64,000 bases of DNA from Clostridia bacterium (GCA_018436095.1 JAHDMJ010000009.1:128888-192887), one strand, 5' to 3'. Counted from the stretch's first letter, positions 18,998 through 27,194 are shown. The notes: a model not told the origin generated them from the sequence alone. Numbers and translations: made by a program.

Positions 18998-19659
18998 GCG
19001 CTCAAAATGTTAACTACCACAAAGACTATGATCTTTGCAGCTTCTGCAATGATCAAAAATTCAAAACAGTACTCGCTGATCCACCGTGGCAATTTCAAAA
19101 CCGTACAGGAAAAATGGCTCCAGAGCATAAGCGATTAAATAGGTATCCTACAATGAGTTTAAAAGATATCTGCGCTTTGCCTGTTAACTCAATTGTGGAT
19201 GAGCCTGCTCATCTATACCTATGGGTACCCAATGCCCTTCTGCCAGAAGGACTTGAAGTAATGAAGGCATGGGGATTTGAATACAAAACAAACATTGTGT
19301 GGGAAAAGGTTCGTAAAGATGGTCAGCCTGATGGCCGGGGAGTAGGTTTTTATTTCAGAAATGTAACAGAACTTTTACTGTTTGGGATAAAAGGAAACAA
19401 CGCCCGGACTTTAGCCCCAGGCCGTTCACAGGTCAACCTATTCCGCACCCAGAAACGAGAGCATTCCCGCAAACCAGATGAAATTTTTGAAATAATAGAA
19501 GGCTGTAGTAATGGCCCTTTTATTGAACTATTTGCCAGAGGACACAGGCCAGGATGGACACTTTGGGGAAACCAGGCAGATAAGGACTATGAACCGGATT
19601 GGCTGACTTATAAAAACGCAGACAAAAGTATCCTTTTACCGTCAGCAGTTGGCGAATAA
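18994..19659 (+). CDS. MT-A70 family DNA N6-adenine methyltransferase
   Basis: LADPPWQF (DPPW catalytic motif), YPTMSL, HLYLWVPN, AWGFEY, EHSRKPDE. This is the full MT-A70 motif series. Confidence 0.85.
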   Translation: MSAQNVNYHKDYDLCSFCNDQKFKTVLADPPWQFQNRTGKMAPEHKRLNRYPTMSLKDICALPVNSIVDEPAHLYLWVPNALLPEGLEVMKAWGFEYKTNIVWEKVRKDGQPDGRGVGFYFRNVTELLLFGIKGNNARTLAPGRSQVNLFRTQKREHSRKPDEIFEIIEGCSNGPFIELFARGHRPGWTLWGNQADKDYEPDWLTYKNADKSILLPSAVGE

Positions 19660-19817
19660 ACCACTAATAAAAGCTCTGCTGGTGCTATCAAAATAATTCT
19701 TGTTATCAAGGACACAAAGTAATTTAAAAACTGCTATGACTGTCCTTTGTATCCCAAAATAATGTTTATTGGCTCTATCGCCTCCATGATAATCCAATAA
19801 AAATTTCCGACAAAAGC

Positions 19818-19850
19818 GAAAGCCCTTGATTTTTCATGGGTTTTCTTTCT
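19818..19850 (+). terminator. possible rho-independent terminator of the R-M pair
   Basis: GAAAGCCC (19818-19825) pairs with GGGTTTTC (19838-19845) with one G-U pair and a 12-nt loop, followed by TTTCT. Confidence 0.4.
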
Positions 19851-19955
19851 ATGCAGTGCCTGAGACTGGGGCCAAACCAATAGGAGATTTATTCAGACAG
19901 TTTAACTATATTCTCGAGAAGCTTTGATTTCATTAGGTTTTCTCAACCTTTGATT

Positions 19956-20135
19956 TCAGATGATCCCACCCCTGCCGTAGCCTGTGCCCCTGCCGTAGCC
20001 TGTGCCCCTGCCATATGAGCGAAGACTACAACTAATTCGGCCAGGGATTCCAGCAGTATGGTTAAGGTCATAATTCGTTAAGGCACGATAAAAAGGGCAA
20101 ATCGTCCTACGTTTACAATTAACGTTTTGCGACAT
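19956..20135 (-). CDS. hypothetical 59-aa peptide with C-terminal (GRGTGY) repeats
   Basis: ATG 20135..20133 is preceded by AGGAAAAGAG. It translates to MSQNVNCKRRTICPFYRALTNYDLNHTAGIPGRISCSLRSYGRGTGYGRGTGYGRGGII. It falls just under the 60-aa cut-off of the ORF track. An alternative overlapping 42-aa ORF exists at 19943..20071 (-). Confidence 0.3.
   Translation of the reverse strand: MSQNVNCKRRTICPFYRALTNYDLNHTAGIPGRISCSLRSYGRGTGYGRGTGYGRGGII
19969..20012. repeat. 18-nt tandem repeat, 2.4 copies (CCCCTGCCGTAGCCTGTG)
   Basis: Exact copies at 19969-19986 and 19987-20004, with a partial copy at 20005-20012. The unit length is a multiple of 3. The repeat is GC-rich within an AT-rich spacer. 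Confidence 0.95.
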
Positions 20136-20662
20136 GCTCTTTTCCTAATTTTTACTGAGATTCTCAAGATATTTGCGGAGGGCACCAATGATTGGTATCC
20201 TCTATTTTTTTGTCTTCCAAAAACTAACTTAAACTACTTATCCAAAAAAGCGAGTTTAAAGTGGGCGGCCTCTTAGGACGATCTATCGATCTATATACTA
20301 AATACAGTGATCAATCCCTTAAGCACTGGCGGAAGTAGTTTTAAATTTGAATTTTTGCCAATTTATCAGTGTCACCCTCAAACCAACCTGCAAACTCAGT
20401 TAGCTCTGCAAATGTAAATCAGCCACCCCTAAAATGCTGGCCGAAATAAATTCAATGCATAAAACCATCAATTCCATACGTAAACCGCCATGTACAGGAA
20501 CATTGGATATATTCTAAATAAGTATATCGTTTTCACAACTATTTTTCATCGCATTAATATGGACATAGATATGCAAAGCTTCCGGCATAATAAGGGTGAT
20601 CGCTTATTTATCGGACTACTATTTCCGGATATTACTCTTAGGCAAGGAGGGGCAAATGAATT

Positions 20663-21430
20663 ATGTTAAGAGTTGCCTTATGTGATGACAACAATAACGC
20701 CATTGAGCGGTATGCGCAACTCATTTTCCGAATCGCTAAAAAAAACCAAATAGAAATTGAGCTTTCCAGCTTCAACAGCGGAGAATCCTTGCTTTTTCAA
20801 TATACTGACGCCACGGAACAAGTCGATATTATCTATTTAGATATTTTGATGGATAAAACAGACGGCATGGCAACGGCCCGAAAATTGCGGGATTGCAAAT
20901 GCCAGGCCCAGATCGTCTTTTTGACCGGCTGCGAAGAATACGTTTATGAGGCTTTTGATGTGAATGCCATTCACTATCTCTTAAAAGAAGAAACAAGCAT
21001 TGATAAATTTGAGGAAGTTTTCCTTAAAGCCGCAAATTTGGCATTAAAAAAAGAGCATGAACAGTTTACTTTTGAATTTGATGGTGAAACAGGCGTAATC
21101 CCCATGGAGCAAATCTCTTATTTCGAAATTTGGCAGAGAATTGTTACCGTACATTACGGCGAAGGGAAAACGGGGAAATTTTATGCCAGTATGGAACAAT
21201 TGGAAGACAAGCTCTCCGGAAAGGATTTTGTGCGGACACACCGTTCATTTCTCGTTCATTTGCCTTACATTGTAAAATTTCAGCGCCAGAGCTTACGATT
21301 GAGAAACGGCGAAGAAATTCCTATCGGCATTACCTATATGCAATCATTAAAAAGAACGTTTTCCGATTATATTTCCCGGTTGAATCTTTATACCTCCAGA
21401 AATCCTGCTGAGCAAGAGGAGCAGTCATGA
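20663..21430 (+). CDS. LytTR-family response regulator (AgrA/ComE-like)
   Basis: Receiver domain (DIIYLDILMDKTDGM) plus a C-terminal LytTR domain (ISYFEIWQRIVTVHY...FVRTHRSFLVHLPYI). Confidence 0.9.
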   Translation: MLRVALCDDNNNAIERYAQLIFRIAKKNQIEIELSSFNSGESLLFQYTDATEQVDIIYLDILMDKTDGMATARKLRDCKCQAQIVFLTGCEEYVYEAFDVNAIHYLLKEETSIDKFEEVFLKAANLALKKEHEQFTFEFDGETGVIPMEQISYFEIWQRIVTVHYGEGKTGKFYASMEQLEDKLSGKDFVRTHRSFLVHLPYIVKFQRQSLRLRNGEEIPIGITYMQSLKRTFSDYISRLNLYTSRNPAEQEEQS

Positions 21431-22776
21431 GTTACATTATTGCCATTGTAATGATTCTCATGTATTATCTCATTTTTATGCTTTACTACCAAAAGCTGTT
21501 TCCTGTACAGCAAAGCAGGCAAATTCTTATTTTGCTGATTTTGGCCATTGTACTGGCTTCTTATGTATTTTTAGATACGCAAGAGTTGAGCGGATTACGG
21601 TTTCCCGCCGTCATGCTGGTCATGATCGTAGGTCTTTATTTTTCAACAAGCATGAACTGGCTGCAGGCACTGTACGGCGGAGGACTGTGCGTGCTAAGCG
21701 TTTATAGCTTCCGGGGGGCATTTACTTTGACCGGCTCCTTGGTTTTTCAAGGGCATAGCTTTTCCTCCGAAACAGATCCCTATTATCTGATTACGATATT
21801 TGCTTTACCTCTGGCCCTTTTGCTTTTTTGGGCTTTGCGCAGGACCATCTTTCCCGACGCCAAAATCAAAAAGCTCCTGAATAATAAAGCTCAGCTAAAA
21901 CTCATTGTGATATATGAAATTATGGCGGCAATAAACTTAGCGAATATCAATTTGGGACGGAGCCTGTCCCCCTATGATATACGGTATTTGGGACCCTACT
22001 TATCCCCTCACGGCATATGGGCAGTAAAAATATCCATAGGAAGCTTTCTGCTTACCCTTAGCATGCTGATCTATGCTGTTTATCAATCTATCCAAAGTAC
22101 GGAGCTTTTGGAATATCGCTACAAAATCCAGACCTTGGAGGAGCAGTATGAACAGCAGCTCCGCCATTATAAATCCTACCAAAAATACACGGAAAGCTTT
22201 CGGATATTCAAGCATGATTATAAATCGATGATGGTGTCTTTAAGAGCGCTTCTCAAGGCCGGGGAGAATGAGCGGGCCATCCAGCTGATGGATGACCTTT
22301 ATATTGATATGCAAAAACGGATGGACATTCATAAGAAATATTCCGATAACGTTGTTCTTGACGCTATGCTGCAGGATACCGCAAATATATGCGAAGAAAA
22401 GGGCATACGCTTCTCCTTTAACATCTTTGAGCCCCGCAATACCGAATTATCCAAGCTGGATGCCATAAGGATTTTTTCCAACATCACCAAAAACGCTGTT
22501 GAAGCCTGCCAACAAGTGCCCTTGCCGGAACGTTTTATCTATATCAGCACCAGAAATGACGAGCAGTGGGTTACCCTTGAAGCAATCAATTCCTATGATG
22601 GGAAAGTCTTTATGGATAATGAAATTCCTAGGACAACGAAAGCGGACAAAGAAGAGCATGGTTTAGGCCTGAGTATTATCCAGGAGATCGTACAAAATTT
22701 AGGCGGATTTATAATTTATACTGCGGATAGGGAAACAAAGACCTTCATCATCAGAGTCCATATTCCCCGTTTGTAA
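21427..22776 (+). CDS. GHKL sensor histidine kinase, HPK10 (AgrC/ComD-like) type
   Basis: About 6 N-terminal TM helices, H-box FKHDYKSMM, N-box NAVEA, G-box HGLGLSII. ATGA overlap with the regulator gene. Confidence 0.85.
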   Translation: MSYIIAIVMILMYYLIFMLYYQKLFPVQQSRQILILLILAIVLASYVFLDTQELSGLRFPAVMLVMIVGLYFSTSMNWLQALYGGGLCVLSVYSFRGAFTLTGSLVFQGHSFSSETDPYYLITIFALPLALLLFWALRRTIFPDAKIKKLLNNKAQLKLIVIYEIMAAINLANINLGRSLSPYDIRYLGPYLSPHGIWAVKISIGSFLLTLSMLIYAVYQSIQSTELLEYRYKIQTLEEQYEQQLRHYKSYQKYTESFRIFKHDYKSMMVSLRALLKAGENERAIQLMDDLYIDMQKRMDIHKKYSDNVVLDAMLQDTANICEEKGIRFSFNIFEPRNTELSKLDAIRIFSNITKNAVEACQQVPLPERFIYISTRNDEQWVTLEAINSYDGKVFMDNEIPRTTKADKEEHGLGLSIIQEIVQNLGGFIIYTADRETKTFIIRVHIPRL

Positions 22777-22799
22777 AGCAAACACTGCCGCGCCCATTT

Positions 22800-23210
22800 T
22801 CATGCTTTGACTATCCAGCATAAATTAAATTTATCTTCCAGAATACCATAATAATTTTCTTGTATTTTTGAAAATGGAATATAGATTTCCCCATCTTCGC
22901 TTAAGCGATCAAAGATCTTCTTTGCTTCATGGGGCTCTTCATAGCATACGGTGAGAAATATATTATTGCCTTGATTAAAGCCGAAAGCGGAGGGGGTATC
23001 GCAAAACTCAACAGTTGTGCCCGCTATGCATAGAGGTGCAGACATTATGCGGGATTTCATTTGAGGGGACGCTTGAACATCGGGAAGAAAAGAAGCAGCC
23101 CCTGCGCCGTAAGTCAATATGGAGGAAATATCTTGTTCAAATACCTTTGCGTAAAAGGCAACTGCCTGCCGGCAGTTGCCGTTAAAACTGATCGATATGC
23201 TAAATGCCAT
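22800..23210 (-). CDS. VOC family protein (PhnB-like glyoxalase fold)
   Basis: MAFSISISFNGNCRQAVAFYAKVF is a typical PhnB-like N-terminus. GAAGGTGG lies 5 nt before ATG 23210. Confidence 0.7.
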   Translation of the reverse strand: MAFSISISFNGNCRQAVAFYAKVFEQDISSILTYGAGAASFLPDVQASPQMKSRIMSAPLCIAGTTVEFCDTPSAFGFNQGNNIFLTVCYEEPHEAKKIFDRLSEDGEIYIPFSKIQENYYGILEDKFNLCWIVKA

Positions 23211-23342
23211 CAATACCACCTTCCCCATGGGTTCCTCATCGTTGTCTCAAAAGTATAGAAAATATACAACGTTCTTTTTCGGATAGGGCTATTGATGTAT
23301 TCAATTAAGATTATATTGTATTAAATTGATAATCCCTATCGT

Positions 23343-24038
23343 TTATTGCCGGATACATTTGATCAATTTTTTGACTGCTTTTTTCTCAATCCGGGAAACA
23401 TAAGAGCGGGAGATGCCCAATTCCTCCGCTACTTCCTTTTGCGTACGCCGCAAACCGTCTTCCAGGCCGAAGCGCCAGCTTATTACCTGCTTTTCCCGTT
23501 TTGTCAAATACTTTAACTGCTCCAGGAGATTTTGGAATTCCAGACGGTTTTCCACCTCGTCAACGACGATGTCGCCGTCTGTGCCTAAGACTTCCAACAA
23601 AGTGATGGAATTACCTTCACGGTCGGTGCCTACGGAATCATAAAGGGAAATATCATTGCGGTTTCGCCTGTTGGCCCGGAAGAACATGAGGATTTCATTT
23701 TCAATGCAGCGGGAGGCATAGGTACTTAGCTTAATGCCTTTGCTTTCATTAAATGTCTGTACGGCCTTAATCAATCCGATGGTACCGATTGATATAAGGT
23801 CATCCCGGTCCTCACTTTTGCCTTCGAATTTTTTAGCAATATGGGCTACCAAACGAAGATTATGCTCAATCAAAATATCGCGGGCCTCAGGATCCCCGTT
23901 TTCCATGGCTTTTATCCAAAGCTGCTCTTCAACCTCCGATAAGGGCTGGGGAAAGCTGTTGCTGTTGATATAGTAGGCGGCCAGCAGCATGCCGTTGACG
24001 ATAGCTGCGCAGCCTATGATGATTGCCCCCAATGCCAT
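23343..24038 (-). CDS. sigK: RNA polymerase sporulation sigma factor SigK (pro-sigma-K, uninterrupted)
   Basis: Pro-sequence ending YYINSNSFPQPLS, then IEHNLRLVAHIAKKF, TYASRCIENEILM and ISRSYVSRIEKKA. Close to B. subtilis SigK rather than SigE. Confidence 0.9.
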   Translation of the reverse strand: MALGAIIIGCAAIVNGMLLAAYYINSNSFPQPLSEVEEQLWIKAMENGDPEARDILIEHNLRLVAHIAKKFEGKSEDRDDLISIGTIGLIKAVQTFNESKGIKLSTYASRCIENEILMFFRANRRNRNDISLYDSVGTDREGNSITLLEVLGTDGDIVVDEVENRLEFQNLLEQLKYLTKREKQVISWRFGLEDGLRRTQKEVAEELGISRSYVSRIEKKAVKKLIKCIRQ

Positions 24039-24185
24039 TTTTATTCCACCTCCGATTGGATTTGTTGTAACGCCTTAGCGGTTAGTTATAAAGCATATGA
24101 AAAAATAAGCAGAAATTGCCTGGCCTAATATTCTTTTTTCGTGTATACTAAGGAAATATGACTGGATGGCAAAGGAAGGGAAATC

Positions 24186-24686
24186 ATGAAGCTTATTCAA
24201 CCGGATTTAACTGTTGACTGCTTAAATGATCTGGATCTCTCTTATTGGTATGAACGGGGCATCCGGGGTATTTTTATCGATTTGGATAACACCATATCGC
24301 CCTGGCGTCAAAACAGCGTTACCGGCGAGGCCAGGGAGCTGATTGATAAAGCCCGGCAGGCAGGTATTATGATTATTTTATTTACAAATGCCGGAGAGAT
24401 TCGGGCCCGGGAGGTGGCTTGGTCTTTAGGGATTGGCTATTATGCCTCGGCCAAAAAACCCTTTGCCGCCATGTACCGCAAGGCCATGAAGGAGCTGGAG
24501 CTAACCGGTTCTGAAGTCCTGGCCATCGGCGATCAGGTTTTTACCGACGTTTTAGGAGGCAATCTGGCAGGCTGTACTACAGTGCTGACGTCGCCTCTGG
24601 CCCAGGAAGAATATGCCGGAACCAAATTTTTGCGGTTTTTGGAAAGGCTGGCCGGCAGAAAAGCGGTTTTTCACAGCAGAGACTAG
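24186..24686 (+). CDS. YqeG family HAD-IIIA phosphatase
   Basis: IFIDLDNT (DxD motif) and AIGDQVFTDVLGGN, about 166 aa. Confidence 0.8.
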   Translation: MKLIQPDLTVDCLNDLDLSYWYERGIRGIFIDLDNTISPWRQNSVTGEARELIDKARQAGIMIILFTNAGEIRAREVAWSLGIGYYASAKKPFAAMYRKAMKELELTGSEVLAIGDQVFTDVLGGNLAGCTTVLTSPLAQEEYAGTKFLRFLERLAGRKAVFHSRD

Positions 24687-24736
24687 ATCAAGCATAGATA
24701 AAAATAGAGAGCAGGGCCTCAGATAAGGATGATTTT

Positions 24737-25834
24737 ATGGAACCTTTATATCAGGACAGACTCGGCCATTTTCGCCAGGAATTAAAAAAACAGGGCCGGG
24801 AGGCTTTCTTGGTCAGCAAACCGGAAAACCTGCAGTATCTCTCGGGCTTTCGGGGTGATTCCACCTGGATTTTAGTCACCGGCAGCGATAAACTTTTGTT
24901 CACGGATTTTCGTTATATAGAGCAGGCCAGAGAGGAGTCTCCCGGCTGGCAGGTAGTGGAAAACAAGACCGGCCTGGCGGCTGCTCTAAAAGACCAAATG
25001 GTCAAGCTGGGTCTTAAGGAACTGGCTTTCGATTCCGGCTATATTACGATGGAAGTCTATCAGCGGCTGGAGTTAACCTTGGGCAAGGACGTAAGCTTAT
25101 ACCCCCAGCAGGATCCCTGTAGTCTGCTGCGGCAGGTCAAAGACCCCTGGGAGCTGCTGCAGATGGAAAAGGCTGCCGCCATCGGCGATGAGGCTCTGAC
25201 TTTGCTCTTGCCCAGCATCAGGCCGGGCGTCAGTGAAAAAGAACTGGCCTTGGAGCTAAATTATCAGATGAGTAAGCTGGGCAGCGAAAAACCTTCCTTT
25301 GATACTATCGTGGCCGCCGGTCCTCAAGGGGCTTTGCCTCATGCCAAGCCTTCCGGCTACCGGCTTAAAGAAGGGGATATGGTTACCCTGGATTTTGGCG
25401 CCATTGTGGGCGGCTACCATTCGGATATGACGAGAACCTTTATTTTGGGCAAGGGCCACCGGCTACAGGAAGAACGTTACCGTCTGGTTTTGGCGGCCCA
25501 AGAGAAAGCTTTGGCAGCCATTGAGCCCGGCGTCAACGTGCGCAGTATCGACAATCTGGCCCGGCAGTATTTGGCTGAGGCAGGCTACGGCGATTATTTT
25601 GGTCACGGCCTGGGTCATAGCGTTGGCCTGGAAATTCATGAAGATCCCCGCTTCAGTCCTATAGCCGAGGATATACCTTTATTGCCGGGCATGGTGATGA
25701 CGGTGGAGCCGGGCGTCTATTTGCCGGGCTGGGGCGGTTTGCGTATTGAGGATAGTATTACAGTAACATTTAATTCCATAAAATTTTTAACGAAATTCCC
25801 GAAAACACTGGAAGAAATAACAATCATTTGGTAA
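24737..25834 (+). CDS. M24 family Xaa-Pro aminopeptidase
   Basis: DFGAIVGGYHSDMTRT, HGLGHSVGLEIHE and VEPGVY metal-ligand motifs. Lies upstream of efp, as YqhT does in B. subtilis. Confidence 0.9.
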   Translation: MEPLYQDRLGHFRQELKKQGREAFLVSKPENLQYLSGFRGDSTWILVTGSDKLLFTDFRYIEQAREESPGWQVVENKTGLAAALKDQMVKLGLKELAFDSGYITMEVYQRLELTLGKDVSLYPQQDPCSLLRQVKDPWELLQMEKAAAIGDEALTLLLPSIRPGVSEKELALELNYQMSKLGSEKPSFDTIVAAGPQGALPHAKPSGYRLKEGDMVTLDFGAIVGGYHSDMTRTFILGKGHRLQEERYRLVLAAQEKALAAIEPGVNVRSIDNLARQYLAEAGYGDYFGHGLGHSVGLEIHEDPRFSPIAEDIPLLPGMVMTVEPGVYLPGWGGLRIEDSITVTFNSIKFLTKFPKTLEEITIIW

Positions 25835-25879
25835 ACTATAAGGTGACAAGCTTAAGGGAAATACAGAAGGAGGACATCC

Positions 25880-26437
25880 ATGATATCAACGTCAGATTTT
25901 CGTACCGGCCTGACCTTCGAATATGAAGGCGATGTAGTTACTTTAGTGGAGTTTCAGCACGTCAAGCCCGGCAAAGGCGCCGCTTTTGTCCGCTGTAAAT
26001 TGCGCAATCTAAAAACCGGTTCCACAGTAGAAAAAACCTTCCGGCCCGGAGAAAAATTCCAAAAGGCCCATGTGGAACGCAAGGAAATGCAATATTTATA
26101 TAAAGATGGAGACAATTGGATGTTCATGGATACGGAAACCTATGACCAGGTTGCCCTCATGGAAAGCCTTCTGGAAGATGCCCCCAAGTATTTGAAAGAA
26201 GATATGACCACCGGTATCCTCTTTTACCAGGGTCAGGTTATTGGTATGGCTTTGCCCCAGCAAGTGGAGCTAAAGGTAGTGGCCACGGAGCCGGGCATTA
26301 AAGGCGATACGGCCTCCGGCGGCAGCAAGCCCGCTACTTTGGAGACGGGCCTGACCGTACAAGTTCCCTTTTTTGTCAACGAAGGTGATGTGCTGATCAT
26401 CGATACCCGCACCGGCAGTTACGTCAGCAGAGCATAA
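25880..26437 (+). CDS. efp: elongation factor P
   Basis: [20 protein letters not shown] motif, 185 aa. AGGAGG SD. Confidence 0.97.
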   Translation: MISTSDFRTGLTFEYEGDVVTLVEFQHVKPGKGAAFVRCKLRNLKTGSTVEKTFRPGEKFQKAHVERKEMQYLYKDGDNWMFMDTETYDQVALMESLLEDAPKYLKEDMTTGILFYQGQVIGMALPQQVELKVVATEPGIKGDTASGGSKPATLETGLTVQVPFFVNEGDVLIIDTRTGSYVSRA

Positions 26438-26492
26438 AGACGAGTTAAGATAAGCAAAATAAATGTCTAATCAAAACAGAGAGGGGTGTTTT

Positions 26493-26969
26493 ATGAGCAT
26501 CAAGGAAAAGGTAGCTTATTTATCCGGTTTAATGGACGGCCTGGGTTTTGACAAGGATTCAAAAGAAGGCAAGATGTTCGACGGTATTCTCGGTATTCTG
26601 GAAGAGATCATAGACGAGATGGACGACATCGAAGAAGATCTGGATGAGTTGGAAGAATTTGTGGAGGCTTTGGACGAAGATCTGGATGAATTAGAAGACA
26701 TCCTGGGCTTTGACGATGATGACGACGAAGATGACGATGATGACGACGAAGATGAGGATGACGAAGACGAATTTGTCAGCATCAAATGTCCTTCCTGCGG
26801 CAAGGTCAATTATTTTGATCCCGAGGTTCTTTGGGAGTCCGATGACGAAGTGGAAGTACTGTGTTCCGCTTGTGACGCCGTGATTTTTTCCAGCAGTGAG
26901 TGCGGTGAAGACTGTGACTGCGGCTGCGGCGGTAAAGAGGACGACGAGGATGAGGAAGACGAAGACTAG
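26493..26969 (+). CDS. hyper-acidic zinc-ribbon protein (hypothetical)
   Basis: N-terminal KVAYLSGLMDGLGF, a long D/E tract (DDDDDEDDDDDDEDEDDEDE), CPSCG...CSACD ribbon, and a Cys- and acid-rich tail. GAGGGG SD before ATG 26493. Confidence 0.6.
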   Translation: MSIKEKVAYLSGLMDGLGFDKDSKEGKMFDGILGILEEIIDEMDDIEEDLDELEEFVEALDEDLDELEDILGFDDDDDEDDDDDDEDEDDEDEFVSIKCPSCGKVNYFDPEVLWESDDEVEVLCSACDAVIFSSSECGEDCDCGCGGKEDDEDEEDED

Positions 26970-27046
26970 GAATAAACAAATCCTCCGGAATTAAGAAAAC
27001 AAAGATAGTAGAATATTTTTCAAGAGGATGTCTCATCAAAAATGAT

Positions 27047-27106
27047 ATGCTCCCTTCCAATTGCCAAGTGATTTATTATTTCACTTGTCTAACTGGAAGG
27101 GAGCAT
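27047..27106. other. long two-part hairpin (13 bp + 7 bp)
   Basis: ATGCTCCCTTCCA (27047-27059) pairs with TGGAAGGGAGCAT (27094-27106). The inner stem is CAAGTGA (27065-27071) with TCACTTG (27081-27087). No U-tract follows. Confidence 0.7.
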
Positions 27107-27194
27107 TCTTATGTCAAAAATAGAACCACAGATAAAAATTACCCATATCAAAAAATAGAGAGATTGAAATGTAAGTAATGTAAGGGGTCAGCAG

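Noticed and set aside
19969-20012. Could the tandem repeat be a CRISPR or minisatellite array?
   Set aside because: There are only 2.4 directly abutting 18-nt copies, with no spacers and no cas genes. It is reported as a simple tandem repeat inside a candidate mini-ORF instead.
20559-20669. 36-codon ORF (MDIDMQSFRHNKGDRLFIGLLFPDITLRQGGANELC) running into the response-regulator start.
   Set aside because: It has no SD, it overlaps the regulator's ribosome-binding site, and it has nothing distinctive in its composition. It is most likely a chance ORF.
23343-24038. sigK split by a skin-like element, as in B. subtilis and C. difficile.
   Set aside because: The ORF is a continuous 231-aa pro-sigma-K with all regions present. 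The AT-rich island lies beyond its stop codon and carries no recombinase.
26516-26809. Poly-serine 97-aa ORF on the minus strand.
   Set aside because: It is the reverse complement of the GAT/GAC/GAA acidic tract of the zinc-ribbon protein gene, so it is a reading-frame artefact.
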